Shown one piece after another: positions 8,921 to 18,161 of a stretch of 62,580 nucleotides of DNA; the stretch's first letter is position 1, and each line of letters begins with the position of its first letter. The notes below the pieces were generated by a model. That model had not been told where the DNA came from. It worked only from the letters and a program-made list of their open reading frames with translations, and did not search any database. Position numbers and translations under genes: made by a program. The stretch is from a virus (taxonomy: Duplodnaviria; Heunggongvirae; Uroviricota; Caudoviricetes): positions 64,001-126,580 of IMG/VR virus record IMGVR_UViG_3300017963_002532; one strand, written 5' to 3'.

Positions 8921-9813
8921 GACGTATACCTCTTCTGAACGAGTTCTCGCACCTGATCAATGATGTGCGGAACAGTAAGCTGCATCATATACACCGGATA
9001 CTCTGTCTTCAGAGTCATCCACTTCTCTTGCGGAGCCTTGACAGGCTTAATATCCGCACACACCCGACCGACCCGGGCAAACTCTTTCTTGAATGCCCAT
9101 AGTAGGTTCTCTTTCGAGACCGGAAGAGATGGCATGTGCTGGATACCCGGCTTCCACCAGCCCATCTTCATGATCGTGTAAACGACCTTTGCCCACTGGT
9201 AGGTGGTCATCCCGTTCCAGTGATGATTGACGAAGCCATTGACCTCGCCATCCTGATCGAGATACCACTCAAGAAGCGACCGCTGGGTGTTCATCTCCGG
9301 ACCGACAATGGACGTGCGAATGTTCATCGCCTGCGGACACTCGCCGAGAACCTTTGAGCGCCCGTATACGTCAGTAGCATCCGGTAGGTCGCTTTCCTTA
9401 TACGGCATACGCTTGTCGCCACTGAACACGCAATCAGTGCTGGGGTGGAAAATCTTGCCACCGAACTCACCAGCCATCACGGCTAGCTCGTGCGGGAAGA
9501 TGGAGTTGAGGCGAATGGCATCCGCTACCGAGGCGGGATTCCCCTCATTGATCGTCGGCTTAATCGCACCGATGCAGTTGATGATGTATTCAAACGGACC
9601 GTGTTCCGTGAAGAGGTCGCGCAACTGGTCTTCGTGACCAAGCAGCACGTCCAACACGGCGTGGGTACGCCCGTACATCCGCTTCTGTATACGAGTATCG
9701 GGCTCACGACACGTCCCGACAACCTCGTATTCCGACCCATTATTCAAGTATTGAAATACCTGATGCCCGAGCATCCCCGTAGCACCAAGTACTAGAACCT
9801 TTGGCTTGCTCAT
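8917..9813 (-). CDS. rmlD: dTDP-4-dehydrorhamnose reductase family SDR
   Basis: VLGATGMLG, IINCIG, HPSTDCVFSG, DVYGRSK..GE, IRTSIVG; start placed at ATG 9813 (ATGA overlap). Confidence 0.8.
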   Translation of the reverse strand: MSKPKVLVLGATGMLGHQVFQYLNNGSEYEVVGTCREPDTRIQKRMYGRTHAVLDVLLGHEDQLRDLFTEHGPFEYIINCIGAIKPTINEGNPASVADAIRLNSIFPHELAVMAGEFGGKIFHPSTDCVFSGDKRMPYKESDLPDATDVYGRSKVLGECPQAMNIRTSIVGPEMNTQRSLLEWYLDQDGEVNGFVNHHWNGMTTYQWAKVVYTIMKMGWWKPGIQHMPSLPVSKENLLWAFKKEFARVGRVCADIKPVKAPQEKWMTLKTEYPVYMMQLTVPHIIDQVRELVQKRYTS

Positions 9814-10355
9814 CGTGGTTCTACGCTCCACACGTCGCCGAATAGGTCCGGCGGATATCGGAAGTCGTCGCCCTTACTTTGGTCAAACGTCGAAGACGAA
9901 AGAGAGAGTAATAGACAGTCATCCGTAAGGCTTACCCAGCCATTCGCATAGCCGGGCGGAATGATCAACATCTGCGGCTTACGCTCGGTAAGAACAAACG
10001 CATCCACGTTATTCTCGTCAAACGTATGCTTCTCTGGCTCGTCGCCGATCTGCTCTGTGCCAGTTGCCCGAACCGCGACGAACTTAGCCATCCCACGTAG
10101 TACGACAAAATACTTGGTCTCGTGATTGTGAAAGTGAAAGCCGCGAACCACCCCCTTCTGGCTGTTGTTGATGAAGTAGACACGCTTTACATCATCAAGA
10201 TCAATACCAGCACACGTCTTCGCATTAGCCCCGCTGACACGAAGCCCCTCATACTGATCGTCGTCTCCACGGCTCCAGTCATTCCAAACCGGAGTGAGAA
10301 TACCTCTATCGTCCGTATAAGACGGCAGGTCTCTCAATTCTAGCCTTTTACTCAC
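9810..10355 (-). CDS. Cupin NDP-4-keto-6-deoxyhexose 3,5-epimerase/isomerase (RmlC/FdtA-like)
   Basis: DDRG, RVYFI, VVRGFHFH..ETKYFVVLRG, LIIPPGYANGW; likely GTG start 10355. Confidence 0.75.
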   Translation of the reverse strand: MSKRLELRDLPSYTDDRGILTPVWNDWSRGDDDQYEGLRVSGANAKTCAGIDLDDVKRVYFINNSQKGVVRGFHFHNHETKYFVVLRGMAKFVAVRATGTEQIGDEPEKHTFDENNVDAFVLTERKPQMLIIPPGYANGWVSLTDDCLLLSLSSSTFDQSKGDDFRYPPDLFGDVWSVEPR

Positions 10356-11325
10356 TGAGTTTCTCCTCAATGTTCTTCTTGTTGTTGAAGATCGGGTGCC
10401 GGTGGTTCTTGATCCGGCGCGAAGCTACTGCTGCCGCGATCTCCGCAATAGCGCGTTCCAGCGAGTAATCAAACCCCAGCGGGAAATCACGCTTAAACTT
10501 CTCGGTTGACGCCGCGTAGTCTCGGGCATCCATTCCGTCGCCTTCACGCTCCGTGGTCTTAATCTCGCCAAAGTTCAGAGTCTCCTGGATTGTCTGTGCC
10601 AACTCGTCGATGCGACAGTTGCACTGCGCCACGTTGTAGATGCCGGTCATATCCTTACGCGCAGCGTAGGCAATAATCCGAGCAATGTCTTTCACGTGAA
10701 CGAGCGGGCGCATCTGATCGCCACCATGCACGGTTAGCTCGCCATTGCGCACCATATTGGCGGTCATGATATTGACCACGAGGTCGAAGCGCGGACGAGC
10801 GAACTTGTCACCAAGCCCATAGACGGTGCCAAGACGGAAGATGACGGCGTTCTTATCTTCAAGAAACCTTTCAGCCGCCAGTTTGGTCTTCGCATACTCA
10901 GACAGTGGATTAGTTCCAGCGTCTTCCTTGAGCAGCGTACCACGAGGCGCAGTACCATACACAGAACACGTGCTCATGAAGATGATACGGCGGTCGCCAG
11001 CCACGCTTGCCAGCCACTCTACCGAATCCTGGTTGATCTCTTTCGTCAGCGCCGGGTCAATACTACACGCCGGATCGCCAACCAGAGCCGCCAGCCATAC
11101 GATCGTGTCGAAGTCTTCACCTTCGATCAGCCTCAGTAGCTTATGGCGCTCGCGGATATCTCCATAGTGGAACTGCACGTCCTTGAGATACTGACGCTCG
11201 TAGAGAAGACTATCATACACGTGAATCTCAGTATGAGACGCATCTTTCTGGAAGTTCGCCGCACGTAGGATATCAACCAACGCGCCGCCGATGTAACCCG
11301 CACCCCCAACAATCAGAACCTTCAT
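10348..11325 (-). CDS. NAD-dependent NDP-sugar epimerase/reductase (extended SDR)
   Basis: GGAGYIG, WLAALVGDPAC, MSTCSVYG, YAKTK, RLGTVYG, RFDLVVN, RPLVHVKDIA. Confidence 0.85.
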   Translation of the reverse strand: MKVLIVGGAGYIGGALVDILRAANFQKDASHTEIHVYDSLLYERQYLKDVQFHYGDIRERHKLLRLIEGEDFDTIVWLAALVGDPACSIDPALTKEINQDSVEWLASVAGDRRIIFMSTCSVYGTAPRGTLLKEDAGTNPLSEYAKTKLAAERFLEDKNAVIFRLGTVYGLGDKFARPRFDLVVNIMTANMVRNGELTVHGGDQMRPLVHVKDIARIIAYAARKDMTGIYNVAQCNCRIDELAQTIQETLNFGEIKTTEREGDGMDARDYAASTEKFKRDFPLGFDYSLERAIAEIAAAVASRRIKNHRHPIFNNKKNIEEKLSE

Positions 11326-12054
11326 CTAAACCTCCGTCATATCGTAGCCCAGCCTCCGGGCTAACATTCGTATCTCCGCAGACACCGTATCCGACTGTTC
11401 TCTATTCTCCGGCTTCCTCCATTGTCCAATTCGGTCCGGCGATATCGGACGCTTGTGTGGCACTCCCCAGCCCCCCAAAGTATCCCACACGCGCTTACCA
11501 GCTAGCTCGGCGGAGTCGTGCTTCTGAAACTCCCGATCTACATCTTGTTCTTCATGAAACTTGTCATACCCTTCAATTACCTCCTCATGAAGAAAGTTAG
11601 CGATACGTCTCATTATGATGTCCGTATCAACCACGAGTTCTTCATATTTGATTACGAGAAGGTCGGGGTTGTTTTGATGTAATAGAATCTCGTTTGCCGT
11701 ACGCTCCCACGACTTTGGGTGCCAAAAGTATCTCTGCTCTGCGTGTGGATTATGTGATACCGCAACATCTCGGGGATCGCGGATGGTACAAATAATACGC
11801 TCGCCCCTATCAAAGAGATCTTGGAAACAATAGTTACCCCACTCTTCCCAAAAACCGAACGGCTGTTTCGTAACAACATAACGATCGTTATGAATATGGG
11901 CTAGTTCTAAGAACCTTTCCATATACCGCTCTCTCATCAATGGGTGCATTTCGCTCCTGGTATACACCTTACAGTTGGTGATATACGGCATAAGCATGAG
12001 CAACAGACTTGTGCCACTCCGCGCCGGTCCAGTAACAAAGATATGGTCAGGCAT
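11326..12054 (-). CDS. Sulfotransferase family protein
   Basis: 5'-PSB loop TGPARSGTSLL, 3'-PB motif IRDPRDVAVS, IKYEELV, C-terminal IGQWR. Confidence 0.75.
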   Translation of the reverse strand: MPDHIFVTGPARSGTSLLLMLMPYITNCKVYTRSEMHPLMRERYMERFLELAHIHNDRYVVTKQPFGFWEEWGNYCFQDLFDRGERIICTIRDPRDVAVSHNPHAEQRYFWHPKSWERTANEILLHQNNPDLLVIKYEELVVDTDIIMRRIANFLHEEVIEGYDKFHEEQDVDREFQKHDSAELAGKRVWDTLGGWGVPHKRPISPDRIGQWRKPENREQSDTVSAEIRMLARRLGYDMTEV

Positions 12055-12055
12055 T

Positions 12056-12535
12056 TTAGAACGTGCGCCCCTCTACCGGGTACTCGTACTTCGGTAGAAA
12101 CTTCTTAAGTGCCATGTTTAGGGCTGACTTCCCGTTACCCCGTAGCTCACACGCATCGCGGCTTACGCCATCCCACGCTGCAATGAGACCCACACGTGGC
12201 TCCGCGCCCTGAGCAACGCCCTTGTGTTCTTTGCGCTTCAAGTTCTCATACTGTGAGACAATACCCGCGCCCACGGAGATGTGGATCGCGCCGATCAACA
12301 CGTCAGCCAGATCGTCGCCCTGCTCGTGCTCTAGGCGTAGTCGCTCGCGCAGAACGCCCTCTTGGAAATCAGCAGTCTGACCCGCAGCCCCAGCCTTCTC
12401 CATGCACGCCTTGGCTGCGTCTTCATCTGCTGCCGTATAGGACTGGTAAATGAACTCGTGTACCTTGAGAATCTCAATCGCAATGCGGTCGATGATCTCT
12501 GCTACGTGAGCATACTTTACGATCTTATCAGGCAT
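12056..12535 (-). CDS. Hypothetical helical protein
   Basis: Start likely MPDKIV (12535); VAEIIDRIAIEILK resembles small proteins seen in sugar clusters (recollection only). Confidence 0.5.
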   Translation of the reverse strand: MPDKIVKYAHVAEIIDRIAIEILKVHEFIYQSYTAADEDAAKACMEKAGAAGQTADFQEGVLRERLRLEHEQGDDLADVLIGAIHISVGAGIVSQYENLKRKEHKGVAQGAEPRVGLIAAWDGVSRDACELRGNGKSALNMALKKFLPKYEYPVEGRTF

Positions 12536-12959
12536 CTGAATCACCCTTTGTCTTATATCCTTCTGCTTGCGGACACGACGCCTTGTGACGCCCCTTAAGT
12601 GAACAGCCACATGGACGCTTGTTCAGTTGATCTGCCCGCTCTTTCACTTTCTTCTTGCGCTTCGGGATGTAGAATTTACGCCGCTCTTTAGCGCGTTCCT
12701 TCCTCTCCTTTAGGCGCTCCTCTTTCATCTCCTCAGCAGTCTGAATTTGTAGTCTCTTGTCTGGTCCGTAAGAGGAACACTTCCAACAGATAGCCGCGAC
12801 AGCCTGCTCCCCAATCTCACGTATGCCATCCTTATTCTGCCACTCAGGAAAGAGAGGACGCCAGCACAGCGCGCAGTGGGTTTTCAGCATCGGATCTGGG
12901 TTTTCCAGATCAATCTCAACTGTCTTCCAATACTTATCGATTACGAGAGTCTTCGTCAT
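12528..12959 (-). CDS. Zinc-finger/basic hypothetical protein
   Basis: CALC...CWKC and C-terminal CGC..H..C; Lys/Arg-rich centre. Confidence 0.55.
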   Translation of the reverse strand: MTKTLVIDKYWKTVEIDLENPDPMLKTHCALCWRPLFPEWQNKDGIREIGEQAVAAICWKCSSYGPDKRLQIQTAEEMKEERLKERKERAKERRKFYIPKRKKKVKERADQLNKRPCGCSLKGRHKASCPQAEGYKTKGDSDA

Positions 12960-13578
12960 CACCATCGCCAATCAAAGTGGTGACCAGTGGCACGGTCAAC
13001 TTCGTTCCACGCGGGAGCCTGTGAACATGGCACCCAACGCTACGAGCAGCTTCCACGCCAAGTACGTCAGATTCAATAACCAGTGTCTCGTCAGGAGTCG
13101 TGCGACAATAGTGTAGGGCGACATCATAGCCGAACGCCGCCGGTTTGCCCATCGGAATCTGGTCTGGGGTGATAATATACTGTATACTCGGTAGAACTCC
13201 GCAACAGTCAAGTGCGAACAAAGCTACCTGATAGTCCTTATTCGTGACGCACACAAGGGAGAATCCGTGTTCGCGGATGTACTCCCCCACTAGTATTATG
13301 TCATTATCTGGCTTGATTCTTTCGGTAAAAATATCAAATATGCGCTCGTGGTACATGGCGCGTACTAACTCCAACTGATTCCACCAAATGGCGCCACTCA
13401 GGTTGAGTAGCGCAATCTTGGAATTGAAAGTTAGATTACCGAAGTCACGAATCTGTTCAGTTGGGCTAACGTTGACACCTGTGACGTGTTTCACGGCATA
13501 CTGAAATGCCTCAGCCTCCAAGTGTCTGATATCTACAAAAACCCCATCGAGTGCTCCGACGATAGCTTTTGGTACCAT
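12934..13578 (-). CDS. HAD-fold protein (beta-PGM-like) with degenerate motif I
   Basis: IVGALDGVFVD (nucleophile Asp missing), CVTN, GKP, VIESD; paralogous to 15798-16418. Confidence 0.65.
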   Translation of the reverse strand: MVPKAIVGALDGVFVDIRHLEAEAFQYAVKHVTGVNVSPTEQIRDFGNLTFNSKIALLNLSGAIWWNQLELVRAMYHERIFDIFTERIKPDNDIILVGEYIREHGFSLVCVTNKDYQVALFALDCCGVLPSIQYIITPDQIPMGKPAAFGYDVALHYCRTTPDETLVIESDVLGVEAARSVGCHVHRLPRGTKLTVPLVTTLIGDGDDEDSRNR

Positions 13579-13587
13579 TATCCCTCC

Positions 13588-14439
13588 CTAGACCGTCAGA
13601 CCAAAACGAGTCAGAACCTCTCTCTCTAAAGATAGTTGCGCCTCTCGGCTCTCCCATCCTTGTCCGCCGTTCGAGTCCGCGCCAACCGGGCGATCTAGAT
13701 GAGCAAACGGGAACCAGGATTGGTGGATACCCCACTGAGAACGTGAACCCTTGTTTAGTACGCCTGTCTCAAAGTCACGGTTGTCAGCAGCAAGAGCCAC
13801 ATTGATATTATCCAGCAGCGTCATCTCGGGACAGTCGGGACGCGTATTCACAGGATCGAGGAGGAACTTGGTGCGCTTCACAAAGCCCGGGTCTACCATG
13901 AAGACCTGTGGCATGATCTCTCGCCCGGTCCACTTCACCACGGGGTCGTCGTAGCCGCCCACCGTCTGACAAGCCATAGCCTTGCCGTTCACGAACATCT
14001 CCTTGGCGGCGTTGTAGATCCCCTCCTCTTGGAGTAAGAGGATGTTGGACTCACAGATCACCACCACATCCACGTCGTCAGCAACATCAAACAGCGCCTC
14101 TAGCCCGACCTTGTAGTTCCGCAGCATGGACTGACACATCGACTCCATCGCCTTGCCGTCGGCGGGTGCGCGGTAATGCCCTGCGCCGATACCGGGCGAG
14201 ATATCGAACGTCGCCGGGATGAAGTGCTCACGCAGATAGTCCAGGCTGATCGTAACGATATTCGGCACGACCACGTGACGGTCTACGTTTGTGGTATCGA
14301 ACTCACCCTCGGGGTCTCCACTCAGCACAGAAACGATAGGGCTGTCGGCGAACTTCTCCCACTGGTGCTTGATGATATTGGCAGTCCACTCTAGCTCAGT
14401 GAATTGATCGTAGCCAATGAATACGAATCCTACTTTCAT
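13588..14439 (-). CDS. Hypothetical protein, possible GT-A-fold glycosyltransferase
   Basis: Start ATG 14439 (ATGA overlap); beta-strand start KVGFVFIG, VVVICESN at the DXD-equivalent position; island context. Confidence 0.4.
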   Translation of the reverse strand: MKVGFVFIGYDQFTELEWTANIIKHQWEKFADSPIVSVLSGDPEGEFDTTNVDRHVVVPNIVTISLDYLREHFIPATFDISPGIGAGHYRAPADGKAMESMCQSMLRNYKVGLEALFDVADDVDVVVICESNILLLQEEGIYNAAKEMFVNGKAMACQTVGGYDDPVVKWTGREIMPQVFMVDPGFVKRTKFLLDPVNTRPDCPEMTLLDNINVALAADNRDFETGVLNKGSRSQWGIHQSWFPFAHLDRPVGADSNGGQGWESREAQLSLEREVLTRFGLTV

Positions 14440-15188
14440 TGTGGAACCTTTCCAAGCCAGTACATCATCTCGAACTTGCGCAGGTCTTCCGGCGTCCCAA
14501 CACCAGCCATGAATGATACCTCGTAAGGATAGATAGGACCATTGAGGTTGTTGAACGTCGGAGCCACGTAGAACTCGCCGTTGACGCGCAGGTTCAGCCT
14601 GATCATCTCGTCCGCCGCTGCAACGAAGTCGGAGCCCTTTTTCCACCAATATACGCCCACCGTAGCATTGTCACTGATCGGGTCCTTCTCAGCCACGTGG
14701 GTCACGCGACCGTTAACGTCCACCTTGGCGAATGACCACTTCGGGTGCCAGGACTTGAACGTGAGGATACCGGCGTTAGCCTTCTGCTCTTCCATCTCAT
14801 AGAAGAAGCTTTGTGGGTCCCAACGGAAATACTGGTCCGAGTTGACAACCAATAGCTGGCTGTCTTCCTTGTCGATGTAATCCCGCGTCAGCAGCACGGT
14901 GCAAGCCGCGCCCTCGGTAGTCTCATTCACAACCGTGTAGTTGACCATTACGGGATGATACTTCTCCAACATACGGTCGAGTACCTGATCGACCTTGTAT
15001 CGATCCACATGCTCTTGGCGCACGATGAAGTGCCAGCTAGCCCCGTGGATATTCACACAGTCGATAACCGACTTGATCATAGGGTTGCCATCTGGCATCT
15101 GGATGAGTGGCTTAGGAAAGGAGTAACCCTGCTGTGCGAAACGGCTCCCCTCGCCCGCCATAGGAACAACGATGTTTAGATTGGGCAT
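14436..15188 (-). CDS. Sugar-phosphate nucleotidyltransferase-like protein (NTP_transferase fold)
   Basis: VPMAGEGSRF..PKPLI, TEGAACTVL, VNSDQ, HPKWSFA, AEKDPISDNATVGVY, NGEFYVAP, GTPEDL. Confidence 0.8.
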   Translation of the reverse strand: MPNLNIVVPMAGEGSRFAQQGYSFPKPLIQMPDGNPMIKSVIDCVNIHGASWHFIVRQEHVDRYKVDQVLDRMLEKYHPVMVNYTVVNETTEGAACTVLLTRDYIDKEDSQLLVVNSDQYFRWDPQSFFYEMEEQKANAGILTFKSWHPKWSFAKVDVNGRVTHVAEKDPISDNATVGVYWWKKGSDFVAAADEMIRLNLRVNGEFYVAPTFNNLNGPIYPYEVSFMAGVGTPEDLRKFEMMYWLGKVPQ

Positions 15189-15796
15189 TTGACTCGTCCT
15201 ACAAAATAGCCTTCTAGTCCGTTAAACAACTGCCTGTGAACCCCGGCACCTACCTGCTCAGGCGTGATCTCATCAGCGATAAAGAAGTCAGCGAACTCGC
15301 CGGTGCGCCCCTTGACCGTGCAATACTCCGCCGATGGTGCCCTTGCGTATATATCGTGGATCATCACAACGCTGGTCTCGTGACACAGGTGGGGTAGTGC
15401 GTCGAGATAGCCATTCACGAACGTAACCTCGTGATGCTCTCCGTCGATGTGTACGAGGTCGAACTTCTGTGAGTTCTGCCGAAAGAACTCGAACATGCAC
15501 TGGTGATGAAATCGGAAGAGTGGATGTTGAAACTTGCTCACGAATGGCTGCGCGTTGATATCCACCCCTGTGTATTCCTGTAGCGAGGAGGGATAGGTTA
15601 AGAAAGAGATGGTTGAATATCCCTGGTCCACTCCAATCTCCAACATGGTCTTTGGCTTAAAAGCATCTAACACCATGCGCTGGAGCCTGAGATCCTCGGG
15701 CTGCTGTGCTTTTGGAATATGCACAAGCAGCGGATGATCGAATACGTCCTGCACTTCCGGCACAGCGACAGCAACAACCTCGTCTAGTAATGTCAT
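15176..15796 (-). CDS. Class I SAM-dependent methyltransferase (Methyltransf_24-like)
   Basis: MLEIGVDQGYST, GVDIN, FDLVHIDGEH, VMIHD. Confidence 0.8.
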   Translation of the reverse strand: MTLLDEVVAVAVPEVQDVFDHPLLVHIPKAQQPEDLRLQRMVLDAFKPKTMLEIGVDQGYSTISFLTYPSSLQEYTGVDINAQPFVSKFQHPLFRFHHQCMFEFFRQNSQKFDLVHIDGEHHEVTFVNGYLDALPHLCHETSVVMIHDIYARAPSAEYCTVKGRTGEFADFFIADEITPEQVGAGVHRQLFNGLEGYFVGRVKCPI

Positions 15797-15797
15797 C

Positions 15798-16418
15798 TTA
15801 CCTATCCATGAACTGATTGAAATTCGGAATTGTTAGTTCGTCTACCCCACGAACGTACCAGATATTCAGACAGCCAGTCCGTACTGCTGACTTGAATCCC
15901 TTATGAGAATCCTCCACGATCACGCACTCGCCGGGATGAACCCCGAACGCCCTCATCGCTTGCCAGTAGCCGTCTGGCTCCGGCTTCGGTGCGTCCATAT
16001 CCTCGTTTGAGATGATCGTGTCGATGTATGGGAAGATCCCACATGCTCGTAACAGCAAAATAGTAGAGTGGCGAATTGAGTTGGTGACGCAGGCTACCTT
16101 ATACCCTCGCTCTTTCCAGTATTCGCCCAGCCCCACGATAGTCTCGTCGCGCTCAATAATCTGCGGGATCAACTCCCACGTCTTGTCCTGCTTGATGCGG
16201 GAGATATCGTCGAACTCCTCGGGCTTCACGCGTCCTTGATCTACAAGGGCGCGCAGCTTTACCTTTGTAGGAAGCCCGTTGAAATCCTCGATATGCTCCT
16301 GGCGCGAGATTACCTTCCCCGTTACCTCCATCAGCGCCTCATTGAACGCCTGATAGTGGAGTTCCTTAGCGGGGACCAGTACTCCGTCCAGGTCGCATAG
16401 TATTGCCTTTACTGTCAT
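15798..16418 (-). CDS. HAD-family phosphatase (beta-PGM-like)
   Basis: ILCDLDGVLV, CVTNS, KPEPDGY, IVEDSHKG; start ATG 16418. Confidence 0.85.
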   Translation of the reverse strand: MTVKAILCDLDGVLVPAKELHYQAFNEALMEVTGKVISRQEHIEDFNGLPTKVKLRALVDQGRVKPEEFDDISRIKQDKTWELIPQIIERDETIVGLGEYWKERGYKVACVTNSIRHSTILLLRACGIFPYIDTIISNEDMDAPKPEPDGYWQAMRAFGVHPGECVIVEDSHKGFKSAVRTGCLNIWYVRGVDELTIPNFNQFMDR

Positions 16419-17061
16419 TGAAAAACTTCTCCGCTTCATCTGCGAACTTAGTACATACACCCCAAAAGTTCTTTTCACGCGCAAGAGACCAGACCGCCTC
16501 TCTCACGTGCGTCTTATACTCGCCATGTAGCTCTGGAGAGACGGCGACAATCTTGAGAGCGCCCTCATCTACGCGAGCCCGAGTGAGGTTCATCGTTAGC
16601 TCTTGGTATAGAGACGCAGGACTCACGGTCACATGAGGATACCAGTCGAACCAGATATACTCGCCCATAGGATACTCGATCCCGTATTGGCTCGCACGAG
16701 TGGCAAGCGGTAACCCCGCCTGAGCATAGATGGGAATCTCCGGCTGTGCCATATCAAAGCAGAAGTACTGGTCTTGCAGAATCCCGTGATGCTGTAAGAG
16801 TTCGTTCAGCATGGGAGCCAAGCCATCTTGTTTGACGTTAAGTGCAAGAAGATTCCTCTGCCCGACGTTGTCTCGCAACCACCCGGATAGAAAGGTCCCC
16901 AATGGCTCACCGCGCATTCCGCCATGAAGGTCATGCCGCAAAATCAAAAACGAATCACTCGGATCGCCGTCTTCGTCATCGCACAGGCGTACGTCGATCT
17001 CATAGGAGCCCAGCATGTTTCGACTTAATTGCTCCTGTCCCCTATGGCGAATGATTTTCAC
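16366..17061 (-). CDS. PI-PLC/GDPD-like TIM-barrel phosphodiesterase
   Basis: IIRHRG, EIDVR, LRHD, LALNVKQDGL, FCFDM, IWFDW, VSPELHG, VCTK. Confidence 0.65.
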   Translation of the reverse strand: MKIIRHRGQEQLSRNMLGSYEIDVRLCDDEDGDPSDSFLILRHDLHGGMRGEPLGTFLSGWLRDNVGQRNLLALNVKQDGLAPMLNELLQHHGILQDQYFCFDMAQPEIPIYAQAGLPLATRASQYGIEYPMGEYIWFDWYPHVTVSPASLYQELTMNLTRARVDEGALKIVAVSPELHGEYKTHVREAVWSLAREKNFWGVCTKFADEAEKFFNDSKGNTMRPGRSTGPR

Positions 17062-18161
17062 TGAATTGCCTCCTGCAATGCCGCGATGATCTGCGCCACG
17101 TCTTCGTCGCTCATCATCGGATGCGAGCCAACGTAGAAGCCGTGTTCGTTGATATACTTGGCGTTCGGGAACTTACCCTCTACGTCGTCACCAAAGTGCT
17201 TCTGCACCACCGGCTGCGACGTGATGGGCATCATCATGCGCGTCTCGATATCGCTAGCATTCAAACAGTCAACGATACGATCCCGGTCCATGCCCTGGTC
17301 GAGCAGAATCGGATACATCATATATGTGTTGTTCTCTACTGGCATCACGTGGACTCCCTGCTGGAAACCAAGTTCCTGAAGTCCGTGCGTCAGAAGCATC
17401 CCGATATACTGCCGTGCCTCAATGATGTTGTCCCGGTTGTAATGCTGGGCAAGACCAAGCGCCGCGTTCAGATCCGCATACTTCAACGAGTAACCCCACT
17501 CGTCAAACGTGAAGCGGTCCTTCAGGTTCGCCGTGGCAGTATAGTCGTCGTGTTTGACGCGACCGTGGTTGATCAACTTCCAGCACTTAAAGTAGAAATC
17601 ATCATCATTGCACATGATCGCCCCACCCATGCCGGTCGTGACCGTATGAGAGGAGTAGAAGGAAGTGCAAAGGATCTGACCGAAGCCTACGCCCGGGGCA
17701 TAGCACGCCTCGCACGCATCCTCGACAGAGATGTTCTTGAACGGATACGGGCGTGAGATAGCCGCGCCGAACAGGTGGACCGGCATGATGATGTCCACGT
17801 CTTCTGGCACCTGATCATAATCCATCTCGGCGTGAGGCTCTTTATGCACGTCCACGAGCACGGGCTCATTGCCGGACTGGATCACCGCCGCCAAGCTGGA
17901 GATGTAGGTGATTGCCGGGACAGCCACGCGCAGCGGACGACCCGACTGAAGACGCAGTGCCTCCAGGGCGATCATTAGGGCAGACTGCCCGCTATTCAAA
18001 CACAGCGCGTGCTTGTAGCCGTGGACTGCCGCCAACTCTCGTTCAAACGACTCGGTCAGCTTGCCTGGACCGATCGACCCGCGATCAATAGCGTGCGCAA
18101 CAAGTGCCGCCTCCATAGGAGACAGCATGACGCCGCCTACTCTAACTCTACTATCCTGCAT
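17058..18161 (-). CDS. DegT/DnrJ-family PLP/PMP enzyme with His at the Schiff-base Lys position (ColD/RfbH-type 3-dehydratase-like)
   Basis: NSGQSAL, VPAITY, MPVHLFG, EDACEA, SFYSSHTVTTGMGG, IETR, GFYVGSHP. Confidence 0.8.
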   Translation of the reverse strand: MQDSRVRVGGVMLSPMEAALVAHAIDRGSIGPGKLTESFERELAAVHGYKHALCLNSGQSALMIALEALRLQSGRPLRVAVPAITYISSLAAVIQSGNEPVLVDVHKEPHAEMDYDQVPEDVDIIMPVHLFGAAISRPYPFKNISVEDACEACYAPGVGFGQILCTSFYSSHTVTTGMGGAIMCNDDDFYFKCWKLINHGRVKHDDYTATANLKDRFTFDEWGYSLKYADLNAALGLAQHYNRDNIIEARQYIGMLLTHGLQELGFQQGVHVMPVENNTYMMYPILLDQGMDRDRIVDCLNASDIETRMMMPITSQPVVQKHFGDDVEGKFPNAKYINEHGFYVGSHPMMSDEDVAQIIAALQEAIQ

